The notes: generated from the letters alone by a model not told the origin. A DNA stretch of 32,000 nt from Phycisphaera mikurensis NBRC 102666 (GCF_000284115.1 NC_017080.1:1800001-1832000), one strand, 5' to 3'. Positions 11,090-18,284 are shown, counted from the stretch's first letter. Numbers and translations are program-made.

Positions 11090-11755
11090 ATGAAGATCTC
11101 CACCCTCGCGCTCACCGCCGCCCTCGCCGTTCCCGCCCTGGGCGTCATGCCCGCCTGCAACATGCTCGGCGGCAAGGCCGCCCCCACCGCCGCCCCGACC
11201 ATCACCAGCGCCGAGACGCTGGAGGGCCAGCTCGACCGCACCGACGCCGCGGTCGTCTCCTCCCTCGCCGCCCTGGACCGCCTCCGCGGCGAGGAGATCG
11301 ACAAGAGCGCCGCCTTCGAGCAGTACACGACGCAGGTCGCGGAGATGAAGGCCGATCAGGCGGCCTTCAACAGCAGCGCGGCCGAGCTCAAGGACGAGGG
11401 CATGGCCTACCAGCAGACCTGGATGGAGGACGCGAACCAGATCCAGGACAGCGATCTGCGTCGCACCGCGATGGAGCGGCAGATGGAGATGGAGGATTCG
11501 CTCTCCACCATCGACTCGCAGTACCAGCAGACGCGGCAGAAGCTCAACGCCTACGTGACCGAGCTCACCGGCATCCAGACCTACCTCAAGAACGACATGA
11601 CGCCCGAGGGCATCGAGGCGATCTCCTCGCAGTTTGACGACGCCCAGACCAAGGGCGACGACGTGCGTGGCTCGCTGGACAAGATGCAGGAGGAGCTCCT
11701 GAAGATCACCAACATGCTCGACGACGAAGCCAAGAAGGCGAACATGCTCCGCTGA
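11090..11755 (+). CDS. DUF2959-like lipoprotein/secreted coiled-coil protein
   Basis: Signal peptide with a Cys (MKISTLALTAALAVPALGVMPAC). Helical body with 'FEQYTTQVAEMKADQAAFN' and 'VTELTGIQTYLKNDMTPEGIEAI'. Confidence 0.7.
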   Translation: MKISTLALTAALAVPALGVMPACNMLGGKAAPTAAPTITSAETLEGQLDRTDAAVVSSLAALDRLRGEEIDKSAAFEQYTTQVAEMKADQAAFNSSAAELKDEGMAYQQTWMEDANQIQDSDLRRTAMERQMEMEDSLSTIDSQYQQTRQKLNAYVTELTGIQTYLKNDMTPEGIEAISSQFDDAQTKGDDVRGSLDKMQEELLKITNMLDDEAKKANMLR

Positions 11756-11776
11756 GCCCTTCGCGCCGCGATTGCA

Positions 11777-11827
11777 GCAAGCCGAGGCCGCCGGCCCGCT
11801 CTCGCGGGTCCGCGGCCTCTGGCTTGC
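11777..11827. terminator. Long hairpin between convergent genes, candidate bidirectional terminator without a T tract
   Basis: GCAAGCCGAGGCCGC (11777-11791) pairs with GCGGCCTCTGGCTTGC (11812-11827) with one bulged T. Inner CGGCCCGC/GCGGGTCCG can also pair. It lies between stops at 11755 (+) and 11838 (-). Confidence 0.6.
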
Positions 11828-11837
11828 GCCCTCCGGA

Positions 11838-13109
11838 TCACTTCCCGACGCAGAAGGTCGCGAACACCGACGCGATGAGGTCGTCGGGCTCGAGGTCGCC
11901 GGTGAGGCCGCCGAGCCGGTGGATCGCGGCCGTCATCGCGTCCGCGACCAGCTCCGCGTGCGCGAGAGCGGGTCCGTGCGCCTCGAGCAACCGGCGGGCC
12001 CCGGCGAGGCGCCCGGCCGCCGCCGCCAGGTCGGCCCGGTGCCGATCGCGCAGAGCGGGCGCCGCGGCGCGGGTGCGGCGGCCGTCGAGCGACGCCGCGA
12101 TCGCCTCCCGCACGCCTCCGAGCCCCGCACCGGTGCGGGCCGACGCCGCGAGCCGGCCCGCGGGGGCGGGCGCCGCGTCCGCTTTCGCGTGGATGCGCAG
12201 GTGCGGCGGCGATCGCGGCGGCGGTTCGTCGCCGAACCAGAGCAGGAGATCCGCGTCGGCGGCGGGCGTGCCCCCGCCGCCGGGCGTGTCCACCAGCAGC
12301 ACCCGCCCGCCGCCGGGCAGCGGCAGCTCCTCCTCGAGGGTGTCGCGGGTGGTGTGCGGGGCGGCGTCTACCACGGCCCGCTCGCGGCCGAGCAGGGCGT
12401 TGAACAGCGAGGACTTCCCCGCCGAGGGCGGGCCCGCGAGCACCACGCGCGGGAGCTCGGCCGGCGCTGCCGCGGGTGCGGCGGCCAGGCTCGCGAGCGC
12501 AGCGGCGACGGCCGCGAGGCCGGCGTCCAGGTCGGCGGGCGCGATCGGGACGACGTCCTCCTGGTCGGTGAAGTCGATGCCGGCCTCCACCAGGCCCAGC
12601 AGCCCCGTCAGGCGGTCCCGCTGAGCCGAGACCTCGGCGGCGAGGCCGCCGCTCCGCAGCCGGTCGGCCGCGGCCAGCTCGTCGTCGTTCTGCGCCGCGA
12701 TCGCCGCCGCGACGCCCTCCGCCTGCAGCAGCGACAGGCGGCCTGCTTCGTACGCCCGGTGGGAGAACTCGCCCGGAGCCGCCTCGCGGGCCCCCGCGGC
12801 CACCGCCGCCCGCACGATCCGCCGCAGCAGAGACGGGTTCCCCGCCGCCTCGATCTCCAGCGTGTCCTCCCCCGTGAAGCTCCCCGGCCCCGGCAGCCAG
12901 AGCGCGAGGATCGGCAGCGCGGGCAGCGGCGGCAGCAAGCCCGCGGGGAAGCATCCGCGGACCGCGGGCCTCTGCGGCTCGGATCGCCCGCGGTCCGCGG
13001 ATCCGAGGACCGCCGCCCCGATCGCCCACGCGTTTGTGCCCGAGAGCCGGACGAGGCCCAGAAGCGACGCCCCGGGGGCCGAGCTGATGGCGACGATGGT
13101 GTCTCTCAT
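11838..13109 (-). CDS. mnmE: tRNA modification GTPase MnmE/TrmE, divergent and compact
   Basis: N-terminus 'MRDTIVAISSAPGASLLGLVRLSG', 'PGPGSFTGEDTLEIEAAGN', 'APGEFSHRAYEAGRLSLLQAEGVAAAI', Walker A 'GPPSAGKSSLFNALLG', 'HTTRDTLEEE' and C-terminal 'FCVGK'. Confidence 0.92.
   Translation of the reverse strand: MRDTIVAISSAPGASLLGLVRLSGTNAWAIGAAVLGSADRGRSEPQRPAVRGCFPAGLLPPLPALPILALWLPGPGSFTGEDTLEIEAAGNPSLLRRIVRAAVAAGAREAAPGEFSHRAYEAGRLSLLQAEGVAAAIAAQNDDELAAADRLRSGGLAAEVSAQRDRLTGLLGLVEAGIDFTDQEDVVPIAPADLDAGLAAVAAALASLAAAPAAAPAELPRVVLAGPPSAGKSSLFNALLGRERAVVDAAPHTTRDTLEEELPLPGGGRVLLVDTPGGGGTPAADADLLLWFGDEPPPRSPPHLRIHAKADAAPAPAGRLAASARTGAGLGGVREAIAASLDGRRTRAAAPALRDRHRADLAAAAGRLAGARRLLEAHGPALAHAELVADAMTAAIHRLGGLTGDLEPDDLIASVFATFCVGK
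12953..13002. repeat. Perfect 17-bp inverted repeat inside mnmE
   Basis: ATCCGCGGACCGCGGGC (12953-12969), a 16-nt loop, then GCCCGCGGTCCGCGGAT (12986-13002). Confidence 0.85.
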
Positions 13110-13212
13110 CGGGAGGCCGACGCGGCACGCCGTGCCCGGGTGCGCCGCACCGGGGGCCGGTGGCACGCCGCGACGGAGCGCCGGCCCGGTCGGCGTGCGC
13201 CGCCGGGCCGGC

Positions 13213-15507
13213 TCACTTCTTCTTGCGGTCCTTGAAGTTCTGCACCTTCTTCTTCCCGGGTCCGGAGGACGCGCCGCCGCCGCCCGCAGCGCCGAAGACC
13301 GAGCCGCCTTCCTCCATCCGCTTGGCGGCCAGCTCCTGGGCCATCTTCATCCGCTCCTGCAGCTTCCACTTGAGGCTCCCGGGCTTCGCCTCCTTCTTGT
13401 CGAAGAGCGTGCCGGCCTCCTCCTGCGCGGTCACGTGGCGGCGGACGATGTACGAGTCCACGATCCCCGCGAGGGTGGAGCAGCAGATGTACAGCGTCAG
13501 GCCCGAGGGCGCGGAGTAGAGGAACACCGGGAAGATGAACGGCATGATCCGCATGATCTTCTGCTGCTGGGCTTGCTCGGGGGTGGCCGGCGGCGGCGTG
13601 GTGAACTTCATGTTGATGGCGAAGATGAAGGCCATCAGAATCGGGAGAATGTTCAGGTAGTCGAAGAGCTTCACGTCCACGAAGGGCAGCGGGATGCCGA
13701 AGCCGCTGCCGGGGATGTCGATGAAGTGGTCGGCCACCGAGAGGTCGGCCAGGAACTTCCAGTTGCCGCCCGAGATCGACTGGAAGACGCCGTAGAAGGC
13801 GGGCTCGTGCCGCAGCTCGATCGCGTAGTAGAGCATTGCGTAGAGCGCGATCCAGATCGGCGTCTGCAGCAGCATCGGCAGGCACCCGAGGAAGCCGGCG
13901 GGATTGACGCCCTTCTCTCTGTAGAGCTTCATGATCTCCGCGTTCATCTTCGCGGAATCGTCCTTGTGCTTCTCCTTCAGCTTCGCCATCTCCGGCTGCA
14001 TCGCCGCCATCTGGCGGCCCATCTTCATCATGTTGATCTGGGCGCGCTTGGTCACCGGGTGCAGGATCAGGCGCACGGTGAGCACCAGCAGGATGATCGA
14101 CACCCCCCAGTCGCGGACGACCGCGTTGAGGATGCGGAGGTAGTCCAGCAGGCCGTGGGCGAGGAACTGGAAGGTGCAGAGCGTGCAGCCGAGCTCGTAG
14201 CGGATGAGCTTCTCGAGGTGCAGCGCCGCGTGGACGGGCTCCTCGAGGAGCTCCTCCTTCCGCGGACCCGCGAAGATCGACAGCGGGAAGGCCGCGTCGG
14301 CCCCCGGCGCGACGACCACGTCGGCGGTGCCCAGCGTCAACGCGAGGCCGGCGACGGCGGGGTCGGGGCGGGCGCTGCGTGTGGGATCCTTGAGCTCCAG
14401 CGAGACCCGCGGGAAGGTGTCCTCGAGCGCGGGCACGTCGGCGGTCCGCGGTTCGCCGTTGCCGCCGGAGCCCGCGGCGGGCACCGGGGCGTGCGTGACG
14501 ACCGTGAAGTAGCGGTTCTCGGCCGCCACCCAGGCGAGGGTGGAGCCGGCTTGCGTGTCGGGATTGGGCCAGATCGCGTCGGGCCGCGGCTGGTCCGGCG
14601 GCTCGACGCTGTTCACCAGCGACGCGTGCATCCACTGGCCCTCGTCGACGTAGATGCCGGTCTTGGCGGGCTTCTCCGGCCGGAAGTAGCCGGTCACGAA
14701 CATCCGGCGATCGCCGACGTAAGCGCCTTCGTCCGGCAGCAGGTCGCCCTGCCCGTACTGGTCGAGCCGGATCCGCAGGGGGCGGCCGCTGGTGTTCCGG
14801 AAGCGCTGGTCCAGCTGCAGGTCGTAGGAGCCCGCCGGCAGCGTCCACGTCCGGACGAGCTCGCCCACCTCGGCCCCGCCGGCGTCCACGAAGCCGATGC
14901 GGTACGTGACGGCGGAGGCGGCGGCCGAGCGCGTGACCTCCGCGGCGAAGGGCTGGTTGTCCAGCCGCAGCGGCGTGCCGTTGATCGTGATCCGGCGCGC
15001 CGCCCAGGGGTAGAAGAGGGCGGCGCCGTCGGCCGTCCCGGTCTGCGTGTCGGCGTCGAGCAGCACGTAGGGCTCGCTGCCGGTGATCCGCTCGCGGTAC
15101 GCGGCGAGCTCGATGCGGCGGACGCCGGCGCCATACGACACGAGCATCACCGAGATCCGGTCGTCGGCTCCGAGCCCGCCGAGCCTCGCGTCGGGCGCGG
15201 GGCCGGGCGTCTCCACCGCGAGCCCGGCGATCGGGGGGAACGCGGCGTCGGCGTCGGCGGCCGCGGGAGCGGCCGGGCTCGGCGTGGGCGCGGCCGCTTC
15301 CGCGTCGGCCGACGCGGTGCCGCCGGGGGCTTCGGCGGCGGCGGTCGCGGCCGGCGGGGCGGGTGCGGGGTCCGCGGCCGGCGCAGCGTCCGCGGCGGGC
15401 GGCGTCGCGCTGCCGGCTGCGCCCGGCGTCGGGGCGTTGGTGAAGTAGACGCCGAGGGCAACGGCGACGCCGAGGGCGACGGCGATCAGCGGGATGAGGA
15501 TGCGCAT
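13213..15507 (-). CDS. yidC: Membrane protein insertase YidC
   Basis: About 764 aa. Periplasmic domain 'GELVRTWTLPAGSYDLQLDQRFRNTSG'. Insertase domain 'DWGVSIILLVLTVRLILHPVTKRAQINMMKMGRQMAAMQPEMAKLKEKHKDD', 'GCLPMLLQTPIWIALYAMLYYAIELRH'. Basic C-terminus. ATG at 15507 is preferred over TTG at 15522. Confidence 0.96.
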   Translation of the reverse strand: MRILIPLIAVALGVAVALGVYFTNAPTPGAAGSATPPAADAAPAADPAPAPPAATAAAEAPGGTASADAEAAAPTPSPAAPAAADADAAFPPIAGLAVETPGPAPDARLGGLGADDRISVMLVSYGAGVRRIELAAYRERITGSEPYVLLDADTQTGTADGAALFYPWAARRITINGTPLRLDNQPFAAEVTRSAAASAVTYRIGFVDAGGAEVGELVRTWTLPAGSYDLQLDQRFRNTSGRPLRIRLDQYGQGDLLPDEGAYVGDRRMFVTGYFRPEKPAKTGIYVDEGQWMHASLVNSVEPPDQPRPDAIWPNPDTQAGSTLAWVAAENRYFTVVTHAPVPAAGSGGNGEPRTADVPALEDTFPRVSLELKDPTRSARPDPAVAGLALTLGTADVVVAPGADAAFPLSIFAGPRKEELLEEPVHAALHLEKLIRYELGCTLCTFQFLAHGLLDYLRILNAVVRDWGVSIILLVLTVRLILHPVTKRAQINMMKMGRQMAAMQPEMAKLKEKHKDDSAKMNAEIMKLYREKGVNPAGFLGCLPMLLQTPIWIALYAMLYYAIELRHEPAFYGVFQSISGGNWKFLADLSVADHFIDIPGSGFGIPLPFVDVKLFDYLNILPILMAFIFAINMKFTTPPPATPEQAQQQKIMRIMPFIFPVFLYSAPSGLTLYICCSTLAGIVDSYIVRRHVTAQEEAGTLFDKKEAKPGSLKWKLQERMKMAQELAAKRMEEGGSVFGAAGGGGASSGPGKKKVQNFKDRKKK

Positions 15508-15581
15508 GATTTCGAGGGACAACCCGGCCGAGGCGGCGGGCGCCGCGCGGCCGTGCCGGTGCCGGAGGATCCGGGGCGGCG

Positions 15582-15590
15582 ACTATAAAA
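15582..15590. promoter_or_regulatory. Possible promoter element (ACTATAAAA) in the divergent yidC / PTPS intergenic region
   Basis: Isolated AT-rich stretch in an otherwise very GC-rich divergent spacer (15508-15663). No clear -35 was identified. Confidence 0.25.
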
Positions 15591-15663
15591 GCGCCCGCTC
15601 CGCACGCTCCCGCGGGGGTTCATCCGTCTCCTCCCGCTCACCAGGTCGGCCGCGGCGATCGCC

Positions 15664-16116
15664 ATGCACGAGATCACCGTCACCACCGCCTTCAGCGCCG
15701 CCCACGCCCTCCGGCTGCCCGACGGCTCGCTCGAGCCCGTGCACGGCCACGACTGGAAGCTGACGCTGCGCGTGGCTTCGGAGGGCCTCGACGCCATGGG
15801 GGCCGTCATGGACTTCCACGAGCTGCAGCGCCTCGTCGACGCCGCGGTCGCGCGTTGGCGGAACGCCGACCTCAACACGCTCCCGCCCTTCGCGGCCGGC
15901 GTCGCGGCCGGCGACGACGGCTGCGGCATCGGCTCGCTGGACCCGCCCCCCGGCCGCGCTTGGAACCCGACCGCCGAGCGCGTCGCGCAGGAAGTCGCCG
16001 TCCGCGTCGCCCCGGGCCTCCCCGCCGGGGTGAGGATGAGGTCGGTCAGCGTGACCGAAGCCGTCGGCTGCACCGCTCGCTTCACGCCCGCCTACGCCTC
16101 CGACGCAGCTCCGTAG
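15664..16116 (+). CDS. 6-pyruvoyl tetrahydropterin synthase / QueD-like protein with atypical active site
   Basis: 150 aa. 'TAFSAAHALRLPDGSLEPVHGHDWKLTL', 'AVMDFHELQRLVD', 'WNPTAERVAQEVAVRV', 'RMRSVSVTEAVG'. The TAG stop is at 16114-16116. Confidence 0.8.
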   Translation: MHEITVTTAFSAAHALRLPDGSLEPVHGHDWKLTLRVASEGLDAMGAVMDFHELQRLVDAAVARWRNADLNTLPPFAAGVAAGDDGCGIGSLDPPPGRAWNPTAERVAQEVAVRVAPGLPAGVRMRSVSVTEAVGCTARFTPAYASDAAP

Positions 16117-16251
16117 GGCAGGTCGGCAACCCGCCATGCCGGCCGAAGGCCGGCAGCTCCGTACGGCAGGTCGGCGACCTGCCATGCCGGCCGAAGGCCG
16201 GCACTTCTGTAGGGCAGGTCGGCGACCTGCCATGCCGGCCGAAGGTCGGCA
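16108..16251. repeat. Three 48-bp direct tandem repeat units, each containing two palindromes
   Basis: Units at 16108-16155, 16156-16203 and 16204-16251, consensus GCTCCGTAGGGCAGGTCGGCGACCTGCCATGCCGGCCGAAGGCCGGCA. Internal inverted repeats are GGCAGGTCG-N-CGACCTGCC and TGCCGGCC-GAA-GGCCGGCA. Confidence 0.95.
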
Positions 16252-16280
16252 GCGTCGAGTCTGGACCCGTCGCGTCCAAC

Positions 16281-16299
16281 GGCAGGTCGCCGACCTGCC
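16281..16299. repeat. Fourth, isolated and inverted copy of the GGCAGGTCG-N-CGACCTGCC palindrome
   Basis: GGCAGGTCGCCGACCTGCCGTACCGG. Its reverse complement, CCGGTACGGCAGGTCGGCGACCTGCC, matches the CCGTACGGCAGGTCGGCGACCTGCC part of unit 2. Confidence 0.85.
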
Positions 16300-16533
16300 G
16301 TACCGGGGCGCTGCACACGCCCCTGGTTTCCGGGAGGCGCGCCCGGTTGCCCGATCCGCCGCTGCGGTTCCAACGACGCGCCACGCAGCGTCCACCAAAG
16401 ACCGATCTCCGGGAAATTCTGCACATCCCGGACCCGCCGAGAGCCTCCGCCAGCCCCTCCCACGCCCGGGATCCGTCCGGTCGTGTGGAAAAGGTCGGCG
16501 TCTGCGCACCGGCGCGCACGGCCGGGTATTCCC

Positions 16534-16542
16534 TGGTATGGT
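16534..16542 (+). promoter_or_regulatory. Possible extended -10 promoter element TGGTATGGT
   Basis: TGnTATGGT located shortly upstream of the hairpin/T-tract and the CDS at 16626. Confidence 0.25.
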
Positions 16543-16558
16543 GCAGGCCCCCCGGAAG

Positions 16559-16598
16559 CGTCGCGGATCCTCTCGTAGGGTCCGCGGCGTTTTTTTTT
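16559..16598 (+). terminator. Intrinsic-terminator-like hairpin followed by T9
   Basis: CGTCGCGGATCC, a 6-8 nt loop, GGGTCCGCGGCG (G:U tolerated), then TTTTTTTTT at 16590-16598. Confidence 0.75.
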
Positions 16599-16625
16599 GG
16601 TCACCTCTCCTTCACGAGCTCTTTC

Positions 16626-17720
16626 ATGAACCACGACAAGGCGTCGCTCGGGCTGGCGCTCCTGCTCGCGGCGGCGCCCGCCGCGGCCGACCTGGTGGTG
16701 ACCGAGGTCGACGGCCCGCCCACGGGCCCGCTCGTCCGGATCCAGCAGCTGGAGCGGGAAGAGACCGGCCCCACGAGCTTCCGCTACTACGCCCCGCGGC
16801 CGGCGTCTCCCACGAAGCGGGATCCGCTCGTCCACGACCCCCGCCCGCAGCGGGCTTTCGAGGAGGTGATGGCCGAGAACGAAGCCGCGTACTTCTACCG
16901 CGACCGCGACCTGGGCCAGACGTTCACCGTGGGGGACGAAGGCTTCCGCCTCGGGGCCATCACCGTCCGGCTGCAGCCGGTGGACGTCCGGGGCGGCGGC
17001 GATCCCGCGGGGGCCAAGGTCTCTCTGCAGCTGATGAAGGTCGCGGGCACGCCCCGCGTCCACGACAGCGGCACGCCGGCCGCGACGGACCGGCCCGCCT
17101 GGGCCACCTATGCCTTCCGCTGGCCATCCGACCCGGGCGATCGGAACGCGCCGGACCGCGCCGCCCTGATGGGCTACAGCGACGACGCGATCCTCGGGGA
17201 GCGCTTCGAGCACCTCCACCTCGCGTCCGGCGGCGTGGTGCCCGACGAGCTGGAGACCGACGACTACATGCGGTGGGACCTGACCGGCGAGAGCGAGATC
17301 TTCCTCGAAGCCGGAACCACCTACGCCTTCGTCCTCCTGTTCGACGAGCCGGCGCCCCAGGGAGTCGCCCGCAACATCCCGCTCTCGAACATGAACGTGC
17401 TGCCCGGCGGCAAGCTGGACGACGTCCTCCCGGGCGGTCACATGATCCGCCGCGAAGGGAGCGACACGACCCGCGAGAACGTCTTCGTCCGGGACCTCGA
17501 CCCCGAGGAACCGGGCCTCCAGGCGGATCCCGCCGACGTCGCCGCGGCGCGGGCGTCCGCCGAGTTCCCGCCCGCGATGAGCGAGCGCCTCGCCATCCAG
17601 CCCGGCACGCTCGGCTACCCCGACGTGGACACCTACCGCGACCTGTGGTTCGTGATGGAAGCGGCCGAGCCGGCGGCGTCAGCCCGACCCGCGGCCTCCG
17701 ATGGCCGCGCTTCGCACTGA
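16626..17720 (+). CDS. Secreted hypothetical protein
   Basis: 364 aa with a signal peptide-like N-terminus (MNHDKASLGLALLLAAAPAAADLVV) and beta-rich content 'LGAITVRLQPVD...KVSLQLMKVAG' and 'AGTTYAFVLLFDEP'. ATG is at 16626. Confidence 0.75.
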   Translation: MNHDKASLGLALLLAAAPAAADLVVTEVDGPPTGPLVRIQQLEREETGPTSFRYYAPRPASPTKRDPLVHDPRPQRAFEEVMAENEAAYFYRDRDLGQTFTVGDEGFRLGAITVRLQPVDVRGGGDPAGAKVSLQLMKVAGTPRVHDSGTPAATDRPAWATYAFRWPSDPGDRNAPDRAALMGYSDDAILGERFEHLHLASGGVVPDELETDDYMRWDLTGESEIFLEAGTTYAFVLLFDEPAPQGVARNIPLSNMNVLPGGKLDDVLPGGHMIRREGSDTTRENVFVRDLDPEEPGLQADPADVAAARASAEFPPAMSERLAIQPGTLGYPDVDTYRDLWFVMEAAEPAASARPAASDGRASH

Positions 17721-18284
17721 CGCCACCGCCGCGATCCGCGGCTGGAGGCACGCGAGCATCCGGGCGTAAGCGCGCGGGAGCAGGTGGACCCCGTCGTCCT
17801 GGAACAGAGACCCGTCGAGCCGCCCGCCGGCGTGGAAGAGCGGGTTGAGGTCGACGAAGCCGCAGCGGTCCGCGGGGCGGAGCCGCCGCGCCACCGCCTC
17901 GTTGACCGCGTCGAGGTCGCCGAAGCGAGCGGACTGGTGGGCGCTGCGGATGACCGACCCGTAGAGGAGCCGCGTGTGCGGGCACGCGGCCAGCGCGTCG
18001 TCGAAGAGCCGATCGAGGTTGCTCAGCAGCCGCCCGACGCTGCGGCCGTTCGCCAGGTCGTTGCTGCCGACGTAGAGGCAGAGCACCGCGGGGCGGACCG
18101 CCCCGACGAGCGGGCCCAGCGTCGGCAGCCAGTCCGGCGTTTGCGTGCCGCAGACCGCTTGGTTGTCCACGCGTCGGTCCGGGCAGAGCCGGTCGCTGCG
18201 GGCGGCGGGATCCGTCGTCGCCCACTCGGCGAAGATCGAGCTGCCGGCGAGCAGCACGGGGGCCGGCACCGGCGGCGCCGGCAT
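17679..18284 (-). CDS. SGNH/GDSL-type hydrolase
   Basis: 201 aa. 'LLAGSSIFAEW' (block I), 'VLCLYVGSNDLANG' (block III-like), 'FQDDGVHLLPRAY' (Asp-His block V). The start overlaps the nuoN stop by 1 nt (TGATG). Confidence 0.82.
   Translation of the reverse strand: MPAPPVPAPVLLAGSSIFAEWATTDPAARSDRLCPDRRVDNQAVCGTQTPDWLPTLGPLVGAVRPAVLCLYVGSNDLANGRSVGRLLSNLDRLFDDALAACPHTRLLYGSVIRSAHQSARFGDLDAVNEAVARRLRPADRCGFVDLNPLFHAGGRLDGSLFQDDGVHLLPRAYARMLACLQPRIAAVASVRSAAIGGRGSG

Noticed and set aside
8406-11093. 895-aa plus-strand ORF (and similar long antisense ORFs at 1019-3448, 3728-5584, 12862-15588, 21701-24091, 26391-28058)
   Set aside because: These are antisense shadows of well-supported genes caused by high GC3. 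Their translations are Arg/Ala/Gly/His/Gln-rich low complexity with no family motifs.
16108-16299. CRISPR-like array
   Set aside because: The 48-bp units are directly adjacent with no unique spacers, each contains two palindromes, and no cas genes are present. It is a tandem or palindromic repeat, not a CRISPR array.
16092-17441. 449-aa minus-strand ORF containing periodic 'GRRPAWQVADLPY'-type repeats
   Set aside because: The periodicity comes from the 48-bp DNA repeat and the rest is antisense to the secreted-protein gene. No protein family is recognisable.
15855-17848. Two long plus-strand ORFs (15855-17720, 16136-17848) through the repeat array
   Set aside because: The first contains the real secreted protein only from 16626 onward. 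The rest, and the whole of the second, is repeat-derived or frame-shifted low complexity. The hairpin/T9 at 16559-16598 also argues against one continuous CDS.
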